From: Macrostomum lignano
Taxonomy: Eukaryota
Assembly (NCBI GenBank): GCA_002269645.1
Contig: NIVC01002114.1
Span: 85,441-149,440 of the forward strand
Length of the DNA: 64,000 bases
Direction of reading: 5' to 3'
Below the pieces are notes generated by a model. It did no database searches. It was not told the DNA's origin and worked only from the letters and a program-made list of their open reading frames with translations. The translations under genes and the position numbers were made by a program. Below, piece after piece: positions 1 to 12,779 of this stretch. Position 1 is the first letter of the stretch. Every line of letters begins with the position of its first letter.

Positions 1-113
1 ATCTTGTTATTTTAGTATCTGTGGTCCAGAGTTGCAAACCAATATAGATTTGATTTACAGTTCTTTACCATCATACCACATTGATGCCATCAGCACCCTA
101 AATACTAGCAACA

Positions 114-503
114 ATGGCCAGTTCAGCGCTGCAGTGGGAGCTAATCAAGGGTACCAGCTGTTTCTTAGTTAAGCGCGGTCGCAAACAATTCTCTACTGAA
201 CCGGGCAATCTGAAGTCGCGCAACTGTTTCAACTCCAACGGTTTAATTCATCGTAAAACTGTTGGCATTGAGCCTGGCGCCTCCGGGTCTGGCGTCACTC
301 TGGTTCTGCGCAATAGCAAACGGGTTAATAAACCGTCGCGCGGCTATTCAAGGATCGCCATCAAGAAGCAGGGCCCGAGGCCGACGTTGAACACAGTGAA
401 ACGAATCCTGCGCCAGCGTCGCTACCGTCGCGATCTGGAACTCGCAGCTCTGCGTCGGGCCTCTGCTCTGCTCCGATCGCAGGGTCGCAAAGTTGGAAAG
501 TGA
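114..503 (+). CDS. RPL28: 60S ribosomal protein L28 (eL28), intronless CDS
   Basis: 129-aa basic ORF with eL28 hallmarks (LQWELIK..SCFLVKR, FSTEPGNL, NGLIHRKTVGI, YRRDLELAALRRASALLRSQ); AATAAA at ~609. Confidence 0.95.
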   Translation: MASSALQWELIKGTSCFLVKRGRKQFSTEPGNLKSRNCFNSNGLIHRKTVGIEPGASGSGVTLVLRNSKRVNKPSRGYSRIAIKKQGPRPTLNTVKRILRQRRYRRDLELAALRRASALLRSQGRKVGK

Positions 504-790
504 TGCAATTCGGCTGAGATGATGTCTATATGCTACTGTTAGTAGCTTCATTAGACCGTGTTTGCTTTGAATTATCAACTGGAATCTTTACTAAGTTAGT
601 AAGACAGAAAATAAACGATGATATAGTTTGTCGGCAGAACAGTGTTGTTTGTGTTGATCAGTTTAATGGCAAGTGAGTGGACAAAAAAAAGACTAGAATG
701 CCTTGTGCTCTTCTCTTTTTTTCAACAAAAATGTCAACATTTATTGTTGTTAAATTTGCCTAGACGGGCGTAAGATCTTGGAGTTTATTT

Positions 791-1390
791 GTCTAGACTT
801 AGTGAGATCTCAGAGCTGTCTAGTCTAGAATGAGATCTCAGAGCTGTCTAGACTAGGGTGAGATCTCAGAGCTGTCTATTCTAGGGTGAGATATCGGAGC
901 TGTCTAGACTAGGGTGAGATTTCAGAGCTGTCTAGACTAGGGTGAGATCTCGGAGCTGTCTAGACTAGGGTGAGATATCGGAGCTGTCTAGACTAGGGTG
1001 AGATATCGGAGCTGTCTAGACTAGGGTGAGATATCGGAGCTGTCTAGACTAGGGTGAGATATCGGAGCTGTCTAGACTAGGGTGAGATATCGGAGCTGTC
1101 TAGACTAGGGTGAGATATCGGAGCTGTCTAGACTAGGGTGAGATATCGGAGCTGTCTAGACTAGGGTGAGATATCGGAGCTGTCTAGACTAGGGTGAGAT
1201 ATCGGAGCTGTCTAGACTAGGGTGAGATATCGGAGCTGTCTAGACTAGGGTGAGATATCGGAGCTTTCTAGACTAGGGTGAGATCTCGGAGCTGTCTAGA
1301 CTAGGGTGAGATATCAGAGCTGTCTAGACTAGGGTGAGATATCAGAGCTGTCTAGACTAGGGTGAGATCTCGGAGCTGTCTAGACTAACT
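791..1390. repeat. 28-bp tandem minisatellite, ~21 copies
   Basis: Unit TAGACTAGGGTGAGATATCGGAGCTGTC recurs every 28 nt (e.g. 961, 989); edges are more degenerate. Confidence 0.95.
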
Positions 1391-2617
1391 AGGGTTTGAT
1401 TGTAGCACCAGTCAAACAAAAAAACTATATATCCAGAAATGCACATTTTTGTATTGATTTCTCGAGTTCATTTAGCGATTCATACAGGCTGAGTGCAGTC
1501 TGGATATCGATGCAGCACAGCGGGTTGTACTCGTAAAACTCTAAGTGGCTCAAATCAGATCTAGATATATTCCTCATCAAAATTGGTGCCTGATTAGCGC
1601 TAACACTGCTCGCTGCATATGGGAGCGAGAAATTCTGTGATTTGATTGACTCGCTCTCTCACTCGCTGCTGGTCTTGTCTGTCTTGCTCATATTTTTTCT
1701 CTGATCTTCAGCGTATTTCTTATACGAGTATATATACTCTGGACAAATTTGAGCTTAGCTACCGCTTGATCGCGGCACAAAAAATTTTATCGTTAGGCTG
1801 CGGCTGGACGAGCAATTGGAGAAATGGCTGCAGGGGCTCTGTGGTGGTTGGTTTGGTTTAGTAGATTTAGGGTGTGTGATGTTCTGAGGCTGCTGGGCTG
1901 GTAGGCCTCCATGCCACATCAGTGAGCTAATTGGATTGGCTAGGGAGGCTGCAGCGCTCCTGCAGTTCTAGCATTCCTACTCTCCTCTCTATAGGCCAGT
2001 GGCTGTGGAGGGCGGAGCTGGGATGGAGCTAATGAGGTGAACAAATCCCTGATGGAACGGCGCCCCCTGTCTCGACCCGCCCTCGTGTCGTGTCTTTATT
2101 ATTTGAGCTGCTCAATCTCGCCGGCCCTCTAAAACTGCAGCATTGGATCCGAAATCTATCTCTAGATATCTTACTCGATTGCTCGAACTCGGAACTCTTT
2201 TAGCTCGTGATCAGGAATTATAATTAATTAACGGTGGGCGCATCTCACCCAACCTGCTCAGGTTGCATACACCCACTGATTTGACTAGCAAAGGAAGTAT
2301 AGGTGAGTTATTATTAAGGCGAGGTCGACTTTTTGCCTCATTAAATTTGCGTATACTTTTTGCTTCCGCTGTTGCATCCTTTGCCATATTTGGGTTTACT
2401 TTTTTGATCACTATATCAGTATGAGTTGGAGCTTGAGCTCGTGTATAAACTACTGAAGCATACTAGATTTATTAGGTATTTTGTGTTCATACAAACTACT
2501 GAAGCATAGTATATTTATTAGGTATTTGATTGTGTTCAATAGCAGCCTAATAATAAAGGCTAGATGTTTAAAATTGTAAAATGTTATGGCAGTGGCATAC
2601 CTCGTCAACTCGCAAAC

Positions 2618-3026
2618 CACCAAGAGACAGGGGGCACCTACCAAGAGACAGGGGACGCCTACCAAGAGACAGGAGGCACCTACCAAGAAACAGGGCCGCC
2701 CACCAAGAGACGGGGCGCCTACCAAGAGACGGGCGCCCACCATATACAGGGGTGCCCACCAAGAGACAGGGCAGCCCACCAAGATACAGGGCCGCCTACC
2801 AAGAGACGGGGGCGCCTACCAAGAGACAGGGGGCGCCTACCAAGAGACGGGCGCCCACCAGAGACAGGGGCGCCCAGCAAGAGACAAGGACGCCCAGCAA
2901 GAGACAAGGACGCCCACCAAGAGACAGGGCCGCCCACCAAGAGACGGGCCGCCCATCGGAGAGAGGGGCGCTCACCAAGAGACAGGGGCGCCCATGCATG
3001 AAGAGACAGGGGGCGCCCACCAAGAC
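2618..3026. repeat. GC-rich ~20-22-bp degenerate minisatellite
   Basis: Repeats of (C)CACCAAGAGACAGGGGGCGCC(T); accounts for the repetitive ORFs in all frames at 2450-3041. Confidence 0.9.
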
Positions 3027-5693
3027 ATGATATACTGACACCCCATTAGGGTTGCGGCCTCTCCAATCAGAATTCCTGCTTAATCCACTGTTTACTTGAG
3101 CCTTGAGTAGCGGAGCATTCTAACGCATTTAGGAGTCTCAAATCATCCCAAAGTCCCGGGTACGATTCCGCGCCCGGAAGCTGCTTGACCTGAGGCTACA
3201 TGTAGTCGAAGGCCAATAGCAATAACGACACTGTCCTGACAACTGTTGAAGTTAATTTCTTGATTTTCGTTATTAAGTTATTATTTTTTGTTTACACGCA
3301 AATCCGCGATATTATACGTAAACTAAGCCCTTGAAGATAAACTATTGAATATCTTCTCTGGGTGGGGGGGGGGGGGGTTCGTAGCCAGACAGGATGTGAT
3401 GGCTGAGCCGCAGCTGGCACTGGCTTGAGTCTTCATTGATAATAGGGATATTTGTTTATGCTTGAAGATATCCCGCGGTGCATTTCGAATAAGATAAGCC
3501 AAAAACATTTTCGTTGCGTTGTCGTCTTAATTATAATTAAATTTTTTTCCACCACACTGCACTGCACACAAAATGGTTTTGAGTCTAAGGCGAAGCACAT
3601 GGTTATGAATATGCATTATTCAACGCCACTGGGACCCGCAAGATAAGAGCGAGGCCGGCGCATAATCCCTGTTAATAACCTATTTTATATGGTTTATGTA
3701 AGCTACCTTTTTGCGATATCTTTTTTCTTCGGCAAAGAGGCGAGCGATTCCTCTCTCCCGCCTCTCTCTCTCCTAGTCGCACTCAAGGGATCTAACTGGG
3801 ACTATCAAGGTATAGAGCTATCGGGAAAAGGATTTTTGCGTGTGTCATCACCTATAGCCTATTGCTAAATATCTCATTCCCAATTCCTGCAGCTGGTTGA
3901 GCTCAAAAGTCAGTGGAGCATTGCGGGGGGGGGCGGAATGCCTTGTGCCAAATCTAGAACACGGAAAGACAATTAGAGCTGCATCACTGACAAGGGATCT
4001 CCGATCTCAATCTCCAAAATCCTATTTACTTTCTCTAGACTGAACAGTCACTGTACGCAGCTAGCGTGCTATACCCTTTCTTGAGCCTGTCTTGATTCTG
4101 TTGTGTGTTAATTTACTGACTTTGAACACTACGTATACCCAGCTAGTTAATACTGATGTGGCTTACCGATCAACTAACTGCGTGCCGACGGACCACAGCT
4201 CTAGAGGAAGTGGGCAAACTACACAATAGGCTAAACAATGTACGAGTATTATGTAGAACAATTGCATTGTTAAACAGACGTCAATGAGCTAGTTGAGAAG
4301 CTTTGTGTGTAAAAGAGAATGGAGACCGATTCTTTGTATGAGGCTATAGCTAAATAAATCAATCAATAATTCCGTGTTTTTTGTTTGAACTGGTCGAAAA
4401 TCTCTTGTTATTTTACAGACAATATAGCCCCCGATTCCTTCAACTGAATTCACTTTCCCAGTTCCTGGGTTTTTCTTCGAAAGATTCGGCATGCGTATTT
4501 ACACTTTAGGTCAATTTCTTCTTTTCCCAACAACAGGAGGGACGACATTGCTTGTGTCACAAACTATTTTTAAATGAGACACATCTTACAGTGTATAGGA
4601 AGTTGTTCAGGGAGAAAAACTGGCCCCTATAGCCACGTGGATACAGGAGGGGGGTGGGGTTGGGTGTCCATATCCGCCTCTCTAAAAGGGGATTCGCATA
4701 CTAAATTGGCGCGCGTGAATTTTTGGCTAGCGAAGCGGAGACAAGCCTCTCCTCAGCAAGGGCTGGGTTCATTGTACTTGAGCACGCGAAACTCACCATG
4801 CCGCGTTAAGCACTCAAGTGCTGCTGCCCTGCGCGAGCGGCGTTCCTTTTTAATCTGAAGAAGAGTTGCAACAATAAATTTTTTGGAGAGCAATTTTTGC
4901 CACCTCGTTGACTGGCTTATTGTAGCTGCCTGCATCTGCTTCACTTGGACAACAAAGCTTACCACACTCTGTACCTTCTCAAAGCCATGGCCTAAATAGA
5001 TTTTTTCACCCTAAATTCAAGCCCCACCCTCTGCAACTGCTCTAATTCTATTGTCGCTTGCTCATTCATAAATCACGCAAAGAGGACTTTGATGGTATGG
5101 AAACTGTACTATAGATGATAGGGACCGTGCCAAAACGTTGCCTGATGGTGCTGTGATTGTAAAAAAGCATTTATTCACTCATCTTTAGTGTACGGTCGGC
5201 ACTTAATCTGCTGTGCAAAATTGCTTTTATTACAAAAGTGGTCCCTATAGTGAAAGCGGTCTAATTTGACTCACTCAGAAGTTCATTCAATCTGGGGTGC
5301 GCGATCATTCTTTCGCAAGAAAAGCTGTCACGCACTTTCTCTTATTCAAGACCTTGGTGTTTTATTAATCGCATTTGCTCCAGCTCCCGGGGCTCTAGCG
5401 CTGAAGGATCCGTCCATATCGTGTTGACAAAAGATAACTGATGGTATTACAGACCTGTGTCGAAGAACATCTGGAAACTCCTACTCCTGCCAAAAGCGTG
5501 ATAATTTGAATTTTACATTGAAGGCGTACATGTACATGTACATAGAGGTCATGGAAAAATCGTTTCGCATCATTGACAGAGCGTTGTGCAGTCAGGATGA
5601 AGTCTGTCGTGCCAATTGATTGCGGCGAATCACGCGAGGAGGGCATGTCTCGAGTTGAAATTGGTCACGACCAATGCTGATGCTAAAAACGCA

Positions 5694-7447
5694 ACAACAA
5701 CAACAACAAGGTACTGCTCCCGCCGGCCACGCAGTAGCCAGAAAGGGGGAGCAGTCAGAAAGCGCGTCTCTGGGCCATTGCCCTCAGGAAGTCGCATCCC
5801 CCTGCTTGGTCCGGGGCGCCAGCGTCACTCAAAAGTCGGTCAGGGTATCGCAACGTTCGCCCTTGGCCTCGCCTCCGCGGTCCCTGCAGCTTGAGCAGCA
5901 GCACGTCGTGTAGCGGCTCAGGACAGCGGGCCTCCGACCGGATGACGTGGCCAGCCAGTCGAAGTCGCCGCCCGCGCAGCAGGTCAGAAGGCCGCGTCAG
6001 GCGCGCCCTAGTGTAGAGCGCGGCATTGGTCTCGCTGCCTGGGCCGCTGCGCACTCCGAAAGCCGCACGCAGCATTGCCGCATGCGCAGCGTCCAGCTGC
6101 CTCTCCAAGGCGTCCGTCAGGGTCCAAGTCTCGGCGTTGTACAACAGGACAGTCTCGACGACTGCCTGAAACAGCCGAGCCTTGAGCCCGTCGTCCAGGG
6201 CCTCAGATTGGAGCACGGAGCGCACAGATCGAAATGCGGCCCAGGCCAGTCCTCGTCGTCTCTTCAGGTCGTCGGCAACGTCCGGCACGGAACCGCCGAG
6301 GTACACAAAGCGCTCGCAGCGGGTAAGCATAAATGCATTCCCGGCAGCGTCTCGGTAATTGATCTCGGCCGGCAAGTCGGAGGGCACCGTGAACACTACC
6401 GTCCTCCGCGCGTTCAGCTAAAGGCCGACCCGCGACGCTGCCGCCGTCAGGCCATCAAGCAGCCGCTGGGCACCTTCGTCCGTCGATGAAAGTAGCGCGA
6501 GGTCGTCCGCGTAGCCGAGAACGGAGAGCCGCTTCTCCGGGTGCCGCCGACTCGTGCGTCTTCTCAAAAGGAAGCCGTCATCCAGGTTGGGCAGGCCGGT
6601 TCTCAGCACCCAGTCCAGTGCCAGCACAAACAGAAAAGGCGCCAAAGTGTCACCCTGCAGCACGCCTGACGACGTGCTGAATTGGTCTGACAGTCCATCT
6701 GGCGTCATCACCGAAGCGGTCGTGTCCTGGTACATCGCCATGATGGCGGAAATCAGTTGCTCCGGTACATTGTACGCACGAAGCACGAGAGGCAGCGCGC
6801 CGCGAGCCAGCGAGTCGAAGGCCTTGAGGAAATCAATGAAGATCACCACGAGACTTGACTGATGGATGCGCGCCTCCTCGATGATGCGGCGGAGGGCTAG
6901 GATCTGCGTCACTGTGCCGCGATGTGGGCGGAACCCGTTCTGCTCAGTTCGCAGGAACTGGTCCAGCACAGGCTGTAACCGAGCCAGCAGCACCCGGTTG
7001 AACAGCTTCGCGGCGCAGGACATAAGCGAGATCCCCCTGTGCTCCTCCTTCCGTGTCGTGCCTGGCTTCTTCGGGATCGCGACGATGTGCGCGGTTGTCC
7101 ACTCGCGGGGCGCGGCATCTCCAGAAAGGACACCGTTCATCACACGAGCCACCTCAATGGCGACCGTTGTGACTCGCAGCACCTCGATAGGCACCTCGTC
7201 CGGTCCCGGGGCGCGACCTCCCGGCGCCTGGCGAGCGAACTGCACAACGTCGTTGCTGGTCACTGGCTGGGTGTTGAAATCTTCCTGCGACGGCAGCGCC
7301 GTCTCGAGCGGCAGTGGCATCACTTCTGGCAGAGGCGGTGGCGGCGCGTTGACGATATCGGCGAAGAAGTCGCGTAGCTCATTTCTGCGCGCTTCTGGCG
7401 TGTCGCCGGTCATTTAGCACCGTTCTCTTCTTGCGACCAGTCAAACG
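5694..7447 (-). mobile_element. 5'-truncated non-LTR retrotransposon (RTE-like) with target-site duplication
   Basis: RT-bearing ORF; identical 10-bp TSD TAAAAACGCA at 5684-5693 and 7448-7457; (TTG)6 3' tail on the minus strand (5692-5709); no endonuclease present. Confidence 0.9.
5755..7413 (-). pseudogene. Reverse transcriptase of the RTE-like LINE, one in-frame nonsense codon
   Basis: Motifs RGISL, QNGFR, FIDFLKAFDS, GVLQGDTLAPFLF, YADD, YLG, LLYNAETWTLT. ORFs 6418-7413 and 5755-6396 share a frame and are split by TAG at 6418-6420 (GL*LNARRT). Confidence 0.88.
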
Positions 7448-7736
7448 TAAAAACGCACTAACTAATATAGCCTTACAAAAAGATGCTTAAAATTGTTTCT
7501 ATACACTTGTAAATGTTGATTGATTCGGTTAAGTTTATTAATTTACCTGTATAACTTTACGTGAATTCTCTGATACTATTCGGATTTTTATAAACTTGAT
7601 TAGTGATATTATCAGGAACAATTCTAAGAATGAAAGCTAAAAGAACTGGTTTTGGAACACACCTCCTGTTAAGCAATTTACATTCAACTTTGTTTGATTA
7701 TTTAATAGAAGCAATGTGTAACGTGTAGAATGTAGA

Positions 7737-8700
7737 TTCTTTCCATTCTTCCCATCGATCCCATTTTTCCATTCTTCCCATCGATCTCATTCTTCCCATT
7801 CTTCACATCGATCTCATTCCATTCTTCCCATCGATCTCATTCTTTCCATTCTTCCCATCGATCTCATTCTTTCCATTCTTCCCATCGATCCCATTCTTCC
7901 CATTCTTCCCATCGATACCATTCTTTCCATTCTTCCCATCGATCTCATTCTTCCCATTCTTCCCATCGATCTCATTCTTCCCATTCTTCCCATCGATCTC
8001 TTTCTTTCCATTCTTCCCATCGATCCCATTTTTCCATTCTTCCCATCGATCTCATTCTTCCCATTCTTCCCATCGATCTCATTCTTTCCATTCTTCCCAT
8101 CGATCTCATTCTTCCCATTCTTCCCATCGATCTCATTCTTTCCATTCTTCTCATCAATCTCATTCTTCCTATTCTTCCCATCGATCTCATTCTTTCCATT
8201 CTTCCCATCGATCTCATTCTTCCCATTCTTCCCATCGATACCATTCTTTCCATTCTTCCCATCGATCTCATTCTTCCCATTCTTCCCATCGATCTCATTC
8301 TTCCCATTCTTCCCATCGATCTCTTTCTTTCCATTCTTCCCATTTTTCGATCGATCCCACCTTTTCCATTCTTCCCATCGATCCCATTCTTCCCATCGAT
8401 CTCATTCTTTCCATTCTTCACATCGATCTCATTCTTCCCATTCTTCCCATCGATCTCATTCTTCCCATCGATCCCATTCTTTCCATTCTTCCCATCGATC
8501 CCATTCTTTCCATTCTTCCCATCGATACCATTCTTCCCATTCTTCCCATCGATACTCTTCTTCCCATTCTTCCCATCGATCCCATTCAGCCCATTCTTCC
8601 CATAGATTATATTCTTCCCATAGATACCATTCTTCCCATGATCTCATTTTCCCATAGATACCATTCTTCCCGTACCATCCCATTTTCCCATTCTTCCCAT
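7737..8700. repeat. Pyrimidine-rich ~27-bp minisatellite (TTCCCATTCTTCCCATCGATCTCATTC variants)
   Basis: Direct reading; built from nested TTCCCAT(T/C) subunits. Confidence 0.93.
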
Positions 8701-10385
8701 ACGAGCTAGATAGTCATATGCGCTTGTTTACACCTCTAGGCATCCAGATGGATTCAACCCGAACCCAAAACAATCAGAATCTGGTGGAAGCTGCAGTCCA
8801 ATTTTAATTGAGAAATTCCATCCCTGGAATTTGCATGCATCCCTGCCTCAGTTCGATCCTAGTAGGTTTGTTCAGCGACATTCAGCAAGCATCTTCAGGC
8901 TGCAATGATTTTGCGTAATTTAATTCCTCTTTAAAGCTATTATAAGAATCCTGATTGATTTGCCAAATCTCCTGTTAAAATTGCGTTGCACAAGCAGAAT
9001 ATCCCGGACTGCCACTTATGTTGGTGCAACGTTTTTCCAATCATTGAAATTAGGTGTTTCTTTAACATTTAAATTACATTAATTTTGACCCGCTTTGTAC
9101 GGTTTTTTCAACGTTGTAGGCCAACGTTGGTAACCCACCATTAAACAACCTTCTAACAACCTTTCTGTGAGAGCTCGTACATACTACTAGCAGTAGTGAG
9201 CACAGTAAAGGCACTCAATCTTGTTTTTATATATTGAAGCCTATAGTTTGCAACGCAGGATTTGCCTCATTTTTCTGTAATATCAACAAAAGAAACTCAC
9301 TCGGTATCAGAGCTAGTTTATGAAAGCGAGTATATTTATTTTATTTTTATTAACAAAAAAGTTCACATATAGCTTTTTTACGATATATTGGCGATGTTCA
9401 TAAATATTAGCATAGAGTTAAGAAAGTAAAGAAGGTTTTACATGTAGTACGAGCGTACTGCAATACTGTAGTATTGCAATGTAGTACTGTTAAAGAAACA
9501 TTTTTACATGTAGTACTGCAATGTAAGAAGACACAAGAGTAAGTACAACATTAAGCTTGGGGTTACATACTTGGGATACATGGGCTATCATTTATGTAAC
9601 CTTTAGTCTTCAGTGGTAATCCGACCCGATTAATTTCACACATACATTTTACACATTCAAGTAAAACACTTAGTAAAATTTTCTAAAAGTTTAAACTACA
9701 AAAAGATGCAGCAGACTAACAGACGCGAAAAACAAAGCAAAAGGTTTTATCTGCTTCACTAAGCTTAAAAAATACATTCACTTTTAATATAATTTGGCAA
9801 ACGCACTTTTCGAAAATTTAGCTCACTACTGTTAGTAGCTAATACTGCACAAACAGTAAACCTTAAGCGACCGAAACAGTTAAATTATGAAAGATTATGC
9901 ACAACCAGACATAAAAAGTTTTTTAATCTGATATATAAGAACAGAATAAGATAATATTTTACTAAAACTAAACATAAAATGATTTCTAAGATCAGCCAGG
10001 CCCCTTTTATAAAAATAAGATTAATCCTGTCTACAAAGTCCCAAGCTCCTGCACCGAAGGTTTACCCTTTCGGCTTTCTACGATTTCTAAGAAACCCTTA
10101 GCAATTAGATAGTTAAAATTACTTATTTTTTTCACTTTGTGATAACAATTGAACCAAGGTTGCTTTTTACCTGTTTGGTATACACTTTCATATCAACGAT
10201 TTTTAAATCTAGACTTTAATATTAAAGCGACACAGTTCATGGCCCCTATATGCAAACTTTCATTTTTGCTTTTCTTATTCAATCGATTTTACTAGTGCTG
10301 GTCCTAAAAATTATATCACCCTGGATTAAATACCAAGATTGAATAGCTAACATATGAGGAGAGGAAACATACATAGTGCACAGCT

Positions 10386-12120
10386 TTAGTTTGAGTAAAT
10401 TTGATCCAACAAGTCAAAGTCGTCTTCATCATCAGCCTCCATCGACTCTTCTGAAGAAGATGCGACAGCTCCAGCTGCCATCTCGAGCTGCTGTGAAGCC
10501 TGGCTCTGCTTCTTCACTCGAGTGCCGGCGTGCCTCAAATGTTCGGCCACGGCTAGGCCCACCGAAACTGCAGTTGCGTCCTTGAAAATGCCTCCTGCTG
10601 CATCTGAAGCAAAAAAAGTATAAATTGATAATTTGTATTTTTCCATGTCCATAACCTTATTAAAAACCGTTTCATTAACTGTTGCAATCTTCGATTTTAC
10701 TGCCTACTTAGTGGTTTAGATATTATATGCACTACTCATGTACTTACTAGCAATGATCGGCAGCAGTCCGAGACTCGAAAAACTCTTTTTTGATTTGCCT
10801 TGGCGGGTTGCTCCACGAAGGCTCATCTGAGCCGCCAGTTCATCGGTCATCAGAAGCCGCAGTATATTAAAGACTAGATGATTGAGTCGTCTCCCTCCAA
10901 GTGAGCGAAAGTGCGACACCTTGAATGGACGAGATAAAGTAGTTAAAATAATTACGAGCGTACCTCTGTGATTTTTTCGCCTGATATACTATGCATTCAA
11001 ATGATAGCAACATTGGCAGCTTACAGCGTGTTTGACAGCCTTTCGATCAGACTGAAGAGCCGCCACCCAGTTTTGTAAGGCAACGAACTCTGTATATGGC
11101 AGTCCATCGAACAGACTGTGTAAGTCACCGTCATCTTCTGAAGGTCCACCAGATGTGTGAGCCACCAACTTGTTCTGAAGGTCAACCAAAGAACTTTTCA
11201 CTGAAGTATGCTGTGCGCGAATCACACCTGTCAATAAATATTTTAGTCACATCTCTCTGTTGAAAATTAACCCTTTGCCATTTGGGGTTTTTCAAAGCTA
11301 TATATTACGTTCGTTTATACTACATTTAAATTTAAATTTACACTGCTAGACTACTCTATCTCAATGGATTATCTCATTCAATTGTCTGTCACAACTGTCC
11401 TCAGAAATTTAAGCGTTTCGAGTTTGAAAATTATGCAGACTCACTCTCCAGTCGCTCAACGGCTGCAGTGAGCTTCTCGACTTGTGAACTCAAGTTGGTG
11501 ATACTTAGGTTGATGCCTGCAAGCCCTTCCTTTGGCAAGCTTGAGACTTGGACTGGACCAGCTGGTGTTGATTATCCTGCTGTGCAGCTTGCCGAAACGT
11601 TTCGAGCGGCGGAGGTGGAGACGCAAGGGCATGAAGCGTTGGTGGGGGTGAATCTGGAGGTCGGGCCACTCGTCGACTTTGTCTGCCAACACGCGAGCTC
11701 CCAGCTTCCACAGCTTCATTGATGAAGCGACTGACTGTCTTTCGAAGACGAGGAGCATCAGAGTCGCTTGTTTCCACTGTCCCTTTGCTCAGAAAGCGCC
11801 GTCGTAGTTTAACGGCCTCTGGGAGAGTGGCTGAAGTTTAAAATTAAAAGGCATTTTCCCTGGTGTGAGATGCGATTGCCCAAGAAAGAATTGTTGAGTA
11901 ATTAAATGGAATGGACCCTTGTCTTACCTCGAGATCCGACAACTTCAACGGTTTCCACAGCCCAGTTCTCATTCGGTGTCCTGTGGCCTTTGATGGCTTG
12001 ATTGTACTCTGCTGCAGGGGGCCAGTGCACAGAAGTCCCGCTTTCAAACCATTCTTTTAGGACGATTTCTACACTATCGTCTTCAAAAAGAACCAAGACA
12101 AACCTGTTGTCCGATGACAT
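10386..12120 (-). pseudogene. Spliced DUF4806-like (BEN-related) protein, probable transposon accessory gene; one frameshift in exon 2
   Basis: Five phase-compatible GT-AG exons: 12120-11928, 11830-11445, 11227-11025, 10919-10748, 10603-10386. N-terminal FVLVLFEDDSVEIVLKEW..VHWPP; C-terminal LGGRRLNHLVFNILRLLMTDELAAQMSLRG..KKSFSSL. A frame change is needed near 11510-11530. Confidence 0.65.
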
Positions 12121-12577
12121 GCTGTCTCAAAGTTGTGCTAAATACGATCTTAAAGCATATAATCAGTCGTGATACATGCAAATCTTTGCGATAGGGAATG
12201 AAACGGAAATAAAAAACTAATGTTAGAATAGGCTTCATGGTTCAGATCTTCCGATTGGTTTGAAATTTTTGCATACAGGAAGGAGGTTTAAAAAATTTCC
12301 CCGCACGACCCAATGCGAAGCAGCTGAGCTGAATGTTACTTTAAAATTTAGTAGACTGTGAAGTCGCACGGCATTGGACGCGCCAACATCTGAACTCACG
12401 GGAGGCGCAATAGTGTTCATGCGACCCACGCTTCCAGCTTTACCAATCCAAAATTCCCAGTTCCATACTTTAAGTTTTTACACTTAACAAAATTAATTTT
12501 TTTAATTGCAGCTTTTTCATTTTAGACCCTTATGAGCTATTTATAAACTGCAGCATTTTACAAATATAACTATGATT

Positions 12578-12779
12578 CAGGGGCGGATCTATTCAAGGGC
12601 GGCCGCCCCCCAAAAACAGCTTGATAAAAAATATTGCTTCCCCTAAGACCTAAGTTTTTTGGGGGAGCCCTTTAACTTGATTTCTGCGCCCCCTAGCTAA
12701 AAAATTGGCGCCCCTGATATTTATGTTGGCGCCCCAAACTTGGACCGCCCCCTTAAATGAAATTCTAGACCCGCCACTG
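12578..12779. mobile_element. hAT-type MITE (202 bp)
   Basis: TIRs CAGGGGCGGATCTA / TAGACCCGCCACTG; 8-bp TSD CTATGATT (12570-12577) / TTATGATT (12780-12787), 7 of 8 matching. Confidence 0.8.

Noticed and set aside
2450-3041. Overlapping ORFs in several frames (also 7814-8683, 55672-56294, 59701-60249)
   Set aside because: Artefacts of minisatellites that lack stop codons.
2591-3090. hAT MITE (CAGTGG...CCACTG) enclosing the minisatellite
   Set aside because: Only a 6-bp terminal match and no 8-bp TSD.
3100-3180. Degenerate tRNA/SINE head (GGTACGATTCC B-box-like)
   Set aside because: Too degraded; no clear tail or cloverleaf.
9201-9215. CACAGTAAA as the left TIR of the CACTA-like element
   Set aside because: No matching inverted copy found on the other side.
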